DNA of 64,000 nucleotides from a virus (IMGVR_UViG_3300040801_002513:2318-66317), one strand, 5' to 3'; numbered from the stretch's first letter, positions 50,485 to 59,745 are shown. Program-made: numbers and translations. Notes: a model not told the origin generated them from the letters alone.

Positions 50485-50933
50485 TGATTACAGAAATTAA
50501 AAAAGATATATTATCTGATATAGACCCAGAACAGCCTACTGTAATTATCCATGGCTGTAACTGTTTCCATACAATGGGTACTGGTGTGGCTAAAAGCCTA
50601 AAAGAAGCCTACCCACAGGTATACAAAGCTGACGTAGCGTACAAGCCTAAAGGAGACAAAAGAAAGTTGGGTCTCCATAGTATGGCAAAAATAAACGATA
50701 ACCTTTATGTGCTCAATTGCTATACTCAATACAGATATGGCAAAGAAGGTGTATTTGCAGACTACGAAGCAATAGAGAAATGCCTGAAGTATATAGGCAA
50801 AAATCTATCACCTCTCTACACAATCCGCACCAGCAAAATAGGTTGCGGTAATGCAGGAGGAGATTGGAAGAAAGTCAAAGCTTTGATAAAGACACACCTG
50901 TCAAAGTTTGACGTATATGTATATTACATTTAA
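50484..50933 (+). CDS. Macrodomain (Appr-1-p/DarG-like ADP-ribosylhydrolase)
   Basis: IIHGCNCFHTMGTGVA...NCYTQY...KIGCGNAGGDW. Confidence 0.85.
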   Translation: MITEIKKDILSDIDPEQPTVIIHGCNCFHTMGTGVAKSLKEAYPQVYKADVAYKPKGDKRKLGLHSMAKINDNLYVLNCYTQYRYGKEGVFADYEAIEKCLKYIGKNLSPLYTIRTSKIGCGNAGGDWKKVKALIKTHLSKFDVYVYYI

Positions 50934-50962
50934 TTAAACGTCCTCGGACAAAGGAAAGCAAC

Positions 50963-51187
50963 ATGGACTGGCAAAAACCTAATATTAAAAGGCTTGTAGC
51001 TAAAACTCAAATCGCTGCTAACAAACAAGTTGCAGAAGAACGCCTCATTGAAATGCAGTCAGAACCAAAATATGTCTACGGATATATGATAGGCTTCGAT
51101 ATGGACAATGAGTACTCCGTAGTAGGAATGTACGACTACGGTAACGCTCCAGCAGGAGACCATAAAGAAGTTTTCGTTTGCACATAA
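50963..51187 (+). CDS. Hypothetical protein
   Basis: AAGGA RBS. Confidence 0.6.
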   Translation: MDWQKPNIKRLVAKTQIAANKQVAEERLIEMQSEPKYVYGYMIGFDMDNEYSVVGMYDYGNAPAGDHKEVFVCT

Positions 51188-51223
51188 ATTCAAAGCCCTC
51201 GAAAGGGGGCAAAGGAGCACACC

Positions 51224-51472
51224 ATGGCACTTACATGTCTTAACTGTGGAAATGCAGGAGTACTTTGTAACTGTACTGATGAAAGCGAGATGTATGAAGA
51301 TGTTGAAACATTTCACATTTACATATGGCCCGATGATACCTGGGTACTGGCTGAAGACTACGATGAACAAGAATACAGCTTCATGTCAGATGACTTTGCT
51401 ATCGAAGAACTCGGCGGCGACTGGACCGAGGAAGATATTGAAACCTTTGTAATCAATTTCAACAAAAGATAA
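51224..51472 (+). CDS. Small acidic Cys-containing protein
   Basis: AAGGAG RBS; very acidic. Confidence 0.65.
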   Translation: MALTCLNCGNAGVLCNCTDESEMYEDVETFHIYIWPDDTWVLAEDYDEQEYSFMSDDFAIEELGGDWTEEDIETFVINFNKR

Positions 51473-51476
51473 CTCC

Positions 51477-51905
51477 ATGGATATAATGGAAGCTTTACTC
51501 TGGCTGTGCCTTAATATATACCACGAGGCACGGTCAGATGACAGATTGGGGCAATTAGCAGTTGCTCATGTGACACTGAATAGAGCTGAGTTACGGGGCC
51601 TCACAGTAAGAGAGGTCGTCCTACAGCCCGCACAATTTAGTTGGGTTGACAAAGTAGACATCATGCCTAAAGAGCACAATACAATGCTAGAAATTGCCAA
51701 CGTAGCTAAAACAGCATTTAGTGGTAAGGATATTACGGGAGGAGCAACACATTACCATCATGTGTCAATCCAACCACATTGGGCCGATAAGATGGAATAC
51801 ATAACCACATTCGGCTCACACAAGTTTTACAAGAAGTACAAAGTAAAAGTATTAACCGCAGGTAATTTCAAATCAAAGCCTAACAAGGCAAGGAGAAAAT
51901 CATGA
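51477..51905 (+). CDS. Cell wall hydrolase (SleB/Hydrolase_2 family)
   Basis: LNIYHEAR...VAHVTLNR...QFSW...DITGGATHYH...HKFY. Confidence 0.85.
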   Translation: MDIMEALLWLCLNIYHEARSDDRLGQLAVAHVTLNRAELRGLTVREVVLQPAQFSWVDKVDIMPKEHNTMLEIANVAKTAFSGKDITGGATHYHHVSIQPHWADKMEYITTFGSHKFYKKYKVKVLTAGNFKSKPNKARRKS

Positions 51906-52063
51906 TCTATAAAATTATCAATGGTGTTGTATGTAGACCAACTTCCCAACAAGAAGCAATCCTAAAATCTCGAATTAGAAAAGAATACAACAAATATCCA
52001 ACAGAGCAAAAACGAGTAAGAGCTGATGAAAAAATAGCACCACCAAAAGTAGCTTACTGCTAG
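51902..52063 (+). CDS. 53-aa hypothetical protein
   Basis: AAGGAG RBS; MIYKIINGVVCRPTSQ. Confidence 0.5.
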   Translation: MIYKIINGVVCRPTSQQEAILKSRIRKEYNKYPTEQKRVRADEKIAPPKVAYC

Positions 52064-52412
52064 CACTATTAATACAACCACCTCTGATAACTTAGGGGTG
52101 GTGGTATTATTTTTTGAAGTAATAAAGCTTCACAGCCACTTTTGGCATAGGAGAATTCACTTATGGGCATTATACCTAAACCTATTTGTTCATTTCCAAC
52201 AGAATACAAAGTGATAATACCGCAAAAGTTTAACCAAATCTGGAACCCTGGGAATATATAGCGCTTTTGTCCCCGCATACGATTCATTTCTCCAATTTAA
52301 AGCAAATACTAATAACACAAACTCAAAGACAGCGCCACAAACAGTAGTGGTACTGTTTTTTGAAGCAATGCTGCTTTACAATTCAGCGCTCATTTGAGCA
52401 AGGGGACTCATC

Positions 52413-52616
52413 ATGGAAACAAACAGTAGAGACATTGTACCAACAGAAATAGAAATTAAGCTGCAAAAATACGATTGGCTGAAAGTAGAAGAAAAGGAGG
52501 AGAAAGCAGAAGTACTAACGATAGGCTGTACAAATGGCATGATTACAGTAGCAAAAGGACAAATTATGGATTTCTTAAACTTGATCGAATGCCCATTGTA
52601 TGAACTGATACCTTAA
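52413..52616 (+). CDS. Hypothetical protein
   Basis: Follows a cassette leader. Confidence 0.6.
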   Translation: METNSRDIVPTEIEIKLQKYDWLKVEEKEEKAEVLTIGCTNGMITVAKGQIMDFLNLIECPLYELIP

Positions 52617-52634
52617 CAAAACGGGGGAGAGAAA

Positions 52635-52859
52635 ATGAAAGTCTTAAACCTATTATTAGTATTAACATTCTTATCACTAATGTTCTACATGTGTACTACA
52701 ACAATAGAACGCTACAAACAAGAAAAAGAAATCCCAATACAACCAATAACAGAAGACGAATGCTGGGCAAAAGGAGGACATTGGATATTCAACGGAGATA
52801 TGGACCAATATGGTACTGACCAAAGTAGTTTTACATGCGTAATAATAGAGGAAGAATAA
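52635..52859 (+). CDS. Small membrane-anchored protein
   Basis: TM segment + ECWAKGGHW. Confidence 0.6.
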   Translation: MKVLNLLLVLTFLSLMFYMCTTTIERYKQEKEIPIQPITEDECWAKGGHWIFNGDMDQYGTDQSSFTCVIIEEE

Positions 52860-52860
52860 A

Positions 52861-53037
52861 ATGATTACAAAAGACACTAAGAAAACACTACGACGACGAA
52901 TAACAGATAAACTATGCAAAGACGAGAAATTTCTAAATGAAATGATTGGTGCTGCAATAGAAATAGGAGGTATAAAACACACAGACATACTAAACACAAA
53001 AGACATAAGAAAAATATTAGGCTTACCAACAATATGA
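52861..53037 (+). CDS. 58-aa hypothetical protein
   Basis: GAGG RBS; MITKDTKKTLRRR. Confidence 0.45.
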   Translation: MITKDTKKTLRRRITDKLCKDEKFLNEMIGAAIEIGGIKHTDILNTKDIRKILGLPTI

Positions 53038-53233
53038 ATTATAAGACTGCCTCAGTGCATAACACTGGGGTGGTCTTTCAGCATTTAAAAGCCCCTGTCA
53101 CTCCGAGCGATAGTCAGTGGTAATGTCTTGCGTCTGATTGGGGATGGGGATGGGGAATGGGGTAGTAGTGGTACTATTTTTTGAAGTTAATCGCAGTCAA
53201 ATAAGTAGTACAACCTAACTAAAGGAGAACACC

Positions 53234-53698
53234 ATGAACAACGCAAAAACAGCTAACAAGGTAATAAAAACAGCACTAATGGCTGCCACACTGTTGATGA
53301 CAACAACCCTGCCATACTCAAACGCACTTGCCGCTGAAGGACTTTCATATGAGAGGATAGAATGCTTCTTCTATGACACACCTATAGAACTAGCAGTAAT
53401 GATGCCAGCAACCTTCACACAAGAACAAAGAGAGGTAGAATCAGCACGAGTATGTAACTCTATCAAACTCACTAGAATGAACAGGGCTACCCTATTAACC
53501 ACAGATGCCGTTTGTGATACAGACATGAACTGTGAGTACTGGGATAGATACCACAAAAATGGCATAGAAAAAATATTTGTTGCATATGATGATGATGTAA
53601 CAAGAACACTTGTAGTAATGTGTAAAGACATCTTTGAACTTCAATTCACTGATGACCCGAGCGAGCTTAAAACAATTTGTGAAGAAGCAAAGAAATAA
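53234..53698 (+). CDS. Secreted hypothetical protein
   Basis: Signal peptide ending ALA. Confidence 0.65.
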   Translation: MNNAKTANKVIKTALMAATLLMTTTLPYSNALAAEGLSYERIECFFYDTPIELAVMMPATFTQEQREVESARVCNSIKLTRMNRATLLTTDAVCDTDMNCEYWDRYHKNGIEKIFVAYDDDVTRTLVVMCKDIFELQFTDDPSELKTICEEAKK

Positions 53699-53735
53699 TC
53701 ATGAACCCAACAACCAAATAAACAAAGGAGCTAAC

Positions 53736-54260
53736 ATGAAGAACATTATCTTATTAATAATTGCCATAGTACTTGGAATCTCAACAACCGTAGCAGCTGC
53801 GCCAAAATACTATGGAGGCCCAGCACCTACACTGATTGAACTGTATGACATCACAGAAGACGGCATCAGGCTTAAATTCAAAAACGATAGCGCATTCTAT
53901 GACTACACAAAAAGAGCCTACGGTGAAGAAGTAATAGCAGAAATCACCAAACTGGCAGAAGAAGGATTCGGTTTATACCAATACCTACTTACACTAAAAG
54001 AACAGAGAAAAGACGCACTAAGAAACCTTGACAACCTGTGTGGAGATGTATGGTGCGAAGGACCTTACGACTATAGCTTTCAAAATATTAAATGTAGCTA
54101 TGGAAAATGCACACTATACTATACAGAACTCTCCGAACCACCAAAAACTGGAGTATGTATAATCAATGGAGCCACACTAGAAGATTTTGATGATGACATG
54201 CAAGATGGGGAAGTAATAGCAAACCAAATATTTGATTACTTCTACGGATTAAGATTTTAA
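53736..54260 (+). CDS. Secreted Cys-containing protein
   Basis: MKNIILLIIAIVLG signal; LDNLCGDVWCEGPYDY. Confidence 0.65.
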   Translation: MKNIILLIIAIVLGISTTVAAAPKYYGGPAPTLIELYDITEDGIRLKFKNDSAFYDYTKRAYGEEVIAEITKLAEEGFGLYQYLLTLKEQRKDALRNLDNLCGDVWCEGPYDYSFQNIKCSYGKCTLYYTELSEPPKTGVCIINGATLEDFDDDMQDGEVIANQIFDYFYGLRF

Positions 54261-54273
54261 TAACGAGGTAAAT

Positions 54274-54627
54274 ATGCTAAACAGAAGAGACCTGATAAAA
54301 GCTGCAACAGCATCTCTAATGATAAACACTGGATTAATAACAACGTTTGTCAAAATGCTGCCAGCAGAAGAAGCTAAACATCCACAAAAGGGCAAACTTG
54401 TCTATAAAAACTATGGATATGATAACCCTAAAACTGGGGTATGCTGCTACGCCTATAATACTGTAGGTTTCAGCGTACACTTTAAATCTGGTATTAAACG
54501 CTATTGGTATGCTAGATCGGTATTTGGAGATGATAACATAAACGAGTTAATCAGACGTGCAGAATCAAAGCATGGACTAAACTCCTATATTAATCATCTT
54601 CGTACATGGCCGCGACCTACAAAGTAA
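54274..54627 (+). CDS. Tat-signal protein with KTSC-like C-terminus
   Basis: MLNRRDLIKAA twin-arginine motif; VHFKSG..YWY...GLNSYIN. Confidence 0.55.
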   Translation: MLNRRDLIKAATASLMINTGLITTFVKMLPAEEAKHPQKGKLVYKNYGYDNPKTGVCCYAYNTVGFSVHFKSGIKRYWYARSVFGDDNINELIRRAESKHGLNSYINHLRTWPRPTK

Positions 54628-54723
54628 AATAAACAAAAAACTGGTACTGCTACCCCATAACAAGGGGTAGTGGTACAAATTTTTTGAAGATAATTAAGAT
54701 TAAAATTTAATTGGAGGCAAACC

Positions 54724-55503
54724 ATGGTAAAACTATGGACAGCTCAGTACCGATATCCTGGACCATACAGATTGGATATCACCGTAAAAGGTCAAGACCC
54801 AATAGGTAAATTATTTGCACCTACTTGGGACATGGTAAACAAGTATAAACAAAACCATAATGAAGAAGAGTACATGGACTTGTACAAAGGTATGATGTAC
54901 GATAGTCAGCTTCACAACCCACAAATATGGAACGACTTACTCCGCCGTGACTATCTAGTTCTAGTTTGCTTCTGTAAATATGGAAACTTCTGCCATAGAC
55001 ACCTACTGGTAGCCGAACTAATTAAGAAAGGCGTTGCTTACCACGGTGAAATAGTAGACTTCACGCAATGGGAAAAGAAACCTGACTCAATAACAAGTTT
55101 CAAAGGCGCCTACAGTTGGTTGTCTAATTTCTACCCAACTCCAATAACTTATCAAAATATCACATATGCTAGCGTAGAACACATGTATCAAGCATGGAAA
55201 CGTCCGGCAGAAGATAGAGCAGCCTACGCAACTATTGACAAGCCTAAAAATGCAGCTAAAGGATTAAATCCAGCAGGCTGGCACACAGGTATAAAGCAAG
55301 CAATAATGTTAGAAGCATTAAAGCTTAAATTCCAACACCGTGATCTAAGAGAAAAACTTTTAGCAACAAAAGATATAGAATTAATAGAAGGTAACCAATG
55401 GCATGATAACTACTGGGGAAACTGTACATGTTACAAATGTATAACAATCCATGGTGAAAACATGCTAGGCAAAATGCTAATGAAACTAAGGGACACACTA
55501 TGA
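54724..55503 (+). CDS. DUF488-like domain fused to NADAR (YbiA/DarG1-like) domain
   Basis: FAPTWDM...LVCFC...FCHRHLL; then WLSNFY...SVEHMYQA...LLAT...EGNQWHDNYWG...GENMLGKMLM. Confidence 0.8.
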   Translation: MVKLWTAQYRYPGPYRLDITVKGQDPIGKLFAPTWDMVNKYKQNHNEEEYMDLYKGMMYDSQLHNPQIWNDLLRRDYLVLVCFCKYGNFCHRHLLVAELIKKGVAYHGEIVDFTQWEKKPDSITSFKGAYSWLSNFYPTPITYQNITYASVEHMYQAWKRPAEDRAAYATIDKPKNAAKGLNPAGWHTGIKQAIMLEALKLKFQHRDLREKLLATKDIELIEGNQWHDNYWGNCTCYKCITIHGENMLGKMLMKLRDTL

Positions 55504-55617
55504 GCACCGACAAAAAGGTCACAACCATAATAATCATCGTAAATGGAAATAAATCCTAGATGGGAGGCCAACAACACATGCTTCTCAAAAACTCTACAAA
55601 ACAGCGGAGATATTAAA

Positions 55618-56166
55618 ATGATTCCACTAAAATACGCAGGTATTGGATCAAGAACAACACCACCAAATATTCTGCACACAATGACCCGAATCGCAATACT
55701 GCTCGCCCACACTGGAATAGAGTGTAGCACAGGAGCTGCCATTGGTGCCGACCAAGCATTTGGCAATGGCGCCATAGCAGGTGGTGGCAAACTACACATA
55801 GCATTACCGTGGGATAACTACGAACTGGCATGGCAAAACTCCCTAAAAGGACAAGTAACCAAAACAGTACTTAATCCAGAATTTCACGTAGAAGCAATGC
55901 AATCGGTCAAAGAATTCCACCCAAAATGGAAAGACATATCTCAAGGTGCCTACAAGCTACACGCAAGAAACTTCCTAATAATACAAGGATGCGCATTCAT
56001 AATCTGCTGGACGCCTAATGGCGCAGTCAAAGGTGGAACAGGACAAGCCATTAGAATAGCAGAAAAAACAGGTATAAACGTATGGAACCTTGGGGATAAG
56101 AAAACACTGGACTACTTCCTGGCCGATATAGAAAAACGGATAAACGAGATACCTGAAGGATTCTAA
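55618..56166 (+). CDS. SLOG superfamily (DprA/Smf-like) nucleotide-binding protein
   Basis: YAGIGSRTTP, STGAAIGADQAF, HARN, GGTGQAIRIA. Confidence 0.75.
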   Translation: MIPLKYAGIGSRTTPPNILHTMTRIAILLAHTGIECSTGAAIGADQAFGNGAIAGGGKLHIALPWDNYELAWQNSLKGQVTKTVLNPEFHVEAMQSVKEFHPKWKDISQGAYKLHARNFLIIQGCAFIICWTPNGAVKGGTGQAIRIAEKTGINVWNLGDKKTLDYFLADIEKRINEIPEGF

Positions 56167-56263
56167 AATCATTAATAAACACAAAGACCGCTACCAACAA
56201 TGGGGGTAGTGGTCCGGGTGTTTGAGGCCCGTTAATAAGAAATCTTTACTACAGGAGAAACAC

Positions 56264-57796
56264 ATGCAACAAGAATTCATACCAATCAACCAGCTCATGG
56301 AGTCCGGAATCGACCTTGTGAGCCCACACTTGCGTTGGTTGCTTAGACACGCAATAATAGAACATTGTGGTGACAAAGCAATCAATCTCATTTCGTACTG
56401 CAAAGACATACCAAGAGATAAAAACGGCAATGCTATATGGGGAGAAACATTTGCACCATGCAAAAGCATAGCCATAAATCTAGAAGCCCACTTCGACCAC
56501 TGTATCACACAGGTACAAGACGAAGATAAAATGTGTACTTCACTACGAACTATTCTCATACGTGAACTACTTGATACAGCAATTCATGAAGCCCATCATC
56601 TTAAAGCCTCTTTCACTTCTGGAGACTTCAGCAATTCCAAACTAGAAGAAGATACGGCTAAAAAAGAAGCTTGGGAAAAATCATGGATGGCGGCAAAATA
56701 CTGGGACACAGAAGTAACAGTATTTGGGTCTGTACTAGATCCTCTGCTTAAAGACTTCTTTGAAAGTATAAAAGCAGATACCATAGAAAAACCCATAATG
56801 TGGAAAGATTTACAAGTCTACATGTGGGAAAATAACCTAGCATTCTACAACCCTGACAAGGAGCAAGAATGCAAAATGCGTGAAGCCTTCGAAACAATGG
56901 CTGGCGACGATGACCCATGGATTGATGAACCAAAAATGTTCATGGTTAGTACAATAGAACAAGCTTCCTCAACACTGGCTGATAAAGACAACAAATCTGA
57001 AGAATACGAAGAAATACCAAAAGCCTCAGACAACTCAGAAGAATTCGTGCCTCCAGATACAGAACCTGAAATTATTAATGAACCAGTAAAAGAATTTACA
57101 TACGAACAAATGATACAAGCAGGATGGACTAACAAAACTCTAGCAACAAATCCTGTTTATGCTCATCTAATTCCACCAACACCACCGACACCACCGGCAC
57201 CACCGGCACCACCAGCACCACCAGCACCACCAGCACCACCAGCACCACCTGTAACCAAATCAGAACCAACAACAACCACACAAGCTTTACAAAATGGGGT
57301 TATCAACGTACAACAGATACAAAAGACAGTTGAAAATGTTATGCGTGTATTATTTGTACACGTTATGACTAAATGTGGCTTAACAAACCAAGGAACATAC
57401 AATAACCCAACTGCAGTACTAGAACCAATAAACATATCAAACATTCCAGGCGCATCAGAACTAATGAGTCATATGGATACAGCTGACGCCAATGGAGTAT
57501 ACGCTGGAAATCAACCATGCAACGGATTCATAAAAGGTCTGGTATCCAAACAAGACCTACCAATGTACAGATTCTACTTAAACATCGGTGGAAACTTGTA
57601 CAGAAGAACATTAATACCCCAAAATCCTAACAAGTTAAACTCTAACCAAGAACTCACCAAATGGGCACAAGAAGCACGTGAAGGTGCAAAAATTATGATG
57701 CTCCTCGAAGACGGAAAAGGTCCACGAGCACATATCAAACTTGATGCCGGACAAACACTTGGACAGGAAGAGTTCAAAATCTGGGATAATAAATAA
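56264..57796 (+). CDS. Multidomain protein with HExxH motif, GWT motif and poly-Pro linker
   Basis: IHEAHH; FTYEQMIQAGWTNKTL; (PPA)n. Confidence 0.7.
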   Translation: MQQEFIPINQLMESGIDLVSPHLRWLLRHAIIEHCGDKAINLISYCKDIPRDKNGNAIWGETFAPCKSIAINLEAHFDHCITQVQDEDKMCTSLRTILIRELLDTAIHEAHHLKASFTSGDFSNSKLEEDTAKKEAWEKSWMAAKYWDTEVTVFGSVLDPLLKDFFESIKADTIEKPIMWKDLQVYMWENNLAFYNPDKEQECKMREAFETMAGDDDPWIDEPKMFMVSTIEQASSTLADKDNKSEEYEEIPKASDNSEEFVPPDTEPEIINEPVKEFTYEQMIQAGWTNKTLATNPVYAHLIPPTPPTPPAPPAPPAPPAPPAPPAPPVTKSEPTTTTQALQNGVINVQQIQKTVENVMRVLFVHVMTKCGLTNQGTYNNPTAVLEPINISNIPGASELMSHMDTADANGVYAGNQPCNGFIKGLVSKQDLPMYRFYLNIGGNLYRRTLIPQNPNKLNSNQELTKWAQEAREGAKIMMLLEDGKGPRAHIKLDAGQTLGQEEFKIWDNK

Positions 57797-57926
57797 AACC
57801 TTAACAAATCCTACATCGGGGAGTGGGGAGTAGTGGTACTGCTCCTTGATGGAGGTTAGAAAACAATCTACCTTATTTTACAGCCTCTCTTTGGGGCATT
57901 TACTAAAGTTAAAAGGAGAATTACCA

Positions 57927-58889
57927 ATGGCAAACCAAAGTTCGTTCCACCAAAACGTTGTAAATGTACGAGCCGCAGGTTCTAAAGACCAGTCTACAGG
58001 ACTTGTACTAGGCGGAATTTACTTCCCAGAACACATAACAAAAGAAGGAAAACAAGTATCAGCACATTGGGAAGGTCAATTCTTCATCAATCAGCTGGGT
58101 TGGACAGATGCAGAAGGCGTATTCCATGAGCCTAAAAACATTCCTATTCGAATCACAGCATGGAATGGTAAAAACGCAGCAGCAGGAAAAGGATTAGCAG
58201 ATGTATTTGCTAAATGTGTATCAGTTGGTAAAGAATTGTCCGCCGCTCTTCGCATAGACTACTACATGAAAACTCTCTATATCAACAACGTTGCGCAGAC
58301 AGACCACCTCGGACAGCCAATAAAAATACCTGCTTACGGTTGGCTAATCAAAAGCGACTTGCAGTGGGGTGCAGACTCATCGAACGTAATAGCACAAGAG
58401 ATTGCTAACTGGCAAGGAGTTCCAAACTTCTACAGCCGTCCACCACAATGGAACACACAAGGCACAGCTGACAATGAAGCATGGAAACTAGTTGTAACCC
58501 AACGAATGGCAACAATATATCAGGGAGAAAGCACTTACGGATACGCACGAGTAATGATTCCTGAAGGTGCTCAAATAGTTAACCAAGCAAAACAACCGTT
58601 AAGAGGAAAAGTTGAAACACCTCCACAAACATTCCAAGGACAACAACCAACAATGCCAGGAATGTCACCAACAGGTATGACAGTACCTCCACCTCCTGCC
58701 GCAGTACCTCCACCACCAGCACCACCTGCACTAACGTATCAACAACTCATAGGTGCAGGATGGACAGACGAACAAATTCGCAACAGTCAATACGCAAACC
58801 TAGCACAATCACAAGGACAGCCTCCAACAAGCGCAGCAACAGGAATGGCGCCTGGAGCAACTCCACTAAGTAATCCAGCAGGTATATAA
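57927..58889 (+). CDS. Possible divergent OB-fold/SSB-like protein with Pro-rich tail and GWT motif
   Basis: IRITAWNG...LADVFAKCVSVGKEL; LTYQQLIGAGWTDEQI. Confidence 0.55.
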   Translation: MANQSSFHQNVVNVRAAGSKDQSTGLVLGGIYFPEHITKEGKQVSAHWEGQFFINQLGWTDAEGVFHEPKNIPIRITAWNGKNAAAGKGLADVFAKCVSVGKELSAALRIDYYMKTLYINNVAQTDHLGQPIKIPAYGWLIKSDLQWGADSSNVIAQEIANWQGVPNFYSRPPQWNTQGTADNEAWKLVVTQRMATIYQGESTYGYARVMIPEGAQIVNQAKQPLRGKVETPPQTFQGQQPTMPGMSPTGMTVPPPPAAVPPPPAPPALTYQQLIGAGWTDEQIRNSQYANLAQSQGQPPTSAATGMAPGATPLSNPAGI

Positions 58890-59051
58890 CCAACTAACAT
58901 CCTCATCTCTACTAATAAAAATGGGGATGGGGATGGGGATGGGGAATAGTGGTACTGCTTTGTGAATAAAAAATTAGCTAGAATGTATCTGGCTTAGATG
59001 TAAAAACAAACACGCCTAAAATGGGCAAAAAACAACACAAGGAGATTTAAA

Positions 59052-59390
59052 ATGAAAAAGATTATCGCCGCTATCGCAATCGCTCTCTGTATGGCCGCCT
59101 CTTCAGCTTCTGCAATCGACGTTAACACCGCTACTGCCGAAGAACTCGACGCATCTCCACTCATGAGAATGGGAAAAGTCACTTCAATGAAAACAGTTGC
59201 AGAACGTGACCTGAACGGACCATTCAAAGACGCAAATGATTTGATGACTCGCGTACCAGGAATCGGAAAAATGTTCATCACCAACAATGCCGCAGAACTC
59301 CAATTCTCAAATGTAGAAACCGCACCCAAAGTAACGCCAGCAGCAACAACAACCGCACCTGCAGCAACTGCAACACCTGCCGCACAATAA
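59052..59390 (+). CDS. comEA: Secreted ComEA-like helix-hairpin-helix DNA-binding protein
   Basis: Signal peptide; IDVNTATAEEL...ERDLNGPFKDANDLMTRVPGIG. Confidence 0.75.
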   Translation: MKKIIAAIAIALCMAASSASAIDVNTATAEELDASPLMRMGKVTSMKTVAERDLNGPFKDANDLMTRVPGIGKMFITNNAAELQFSNVETAPKVTPAATTTAPAATATPAAQ

Positions 59391-59541
59391 ACAATCCTGA
59401 TCTAACCGTTACCACCGCTTGCATAGGGTGGTAACATAACTTTTTACAAATACCAAATTACTAAATCACTACCATTAACTATTACTACAAGGATATACTA
59501 AATGCAAGACATCGTACAACAATCCAAAAGAGAGAAACCAT

Positions 59542-59745
59542 ATGAAAACCACAACTACCAGCAAACTAATCAATATCAGATTAAAACTTAAAAACATTAA
59601 CACAACTAACCACATAAAAACTAAACCTCAACTCTGTCCACATTGTCTAGCAGAACTGATTCGTTTCTCAGATGATTGGACACCACCTATATGTGAAAAC
59701 CCTGTATGCCCTTTAAACAACTACACACCAAAAGGCCACTCATAA
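59542..59745 (+). CDS. Small Zn-ribbon protein
   Basis: CPHC...CENPVC. Confidence 0.5.
   Translation: MKTTTTSKLINIRLKLKNINTTNHIKTKPQLCPHCLAELIRFSDDWTPPICENPVCPLNNYTPKGHS

Noticed and set aside
40932-59435. Canonical integron attC sites
   Set aside because: TAAC often overlaps the stop codons, but there is no matching GTTRRRY end and no integrase in the window.
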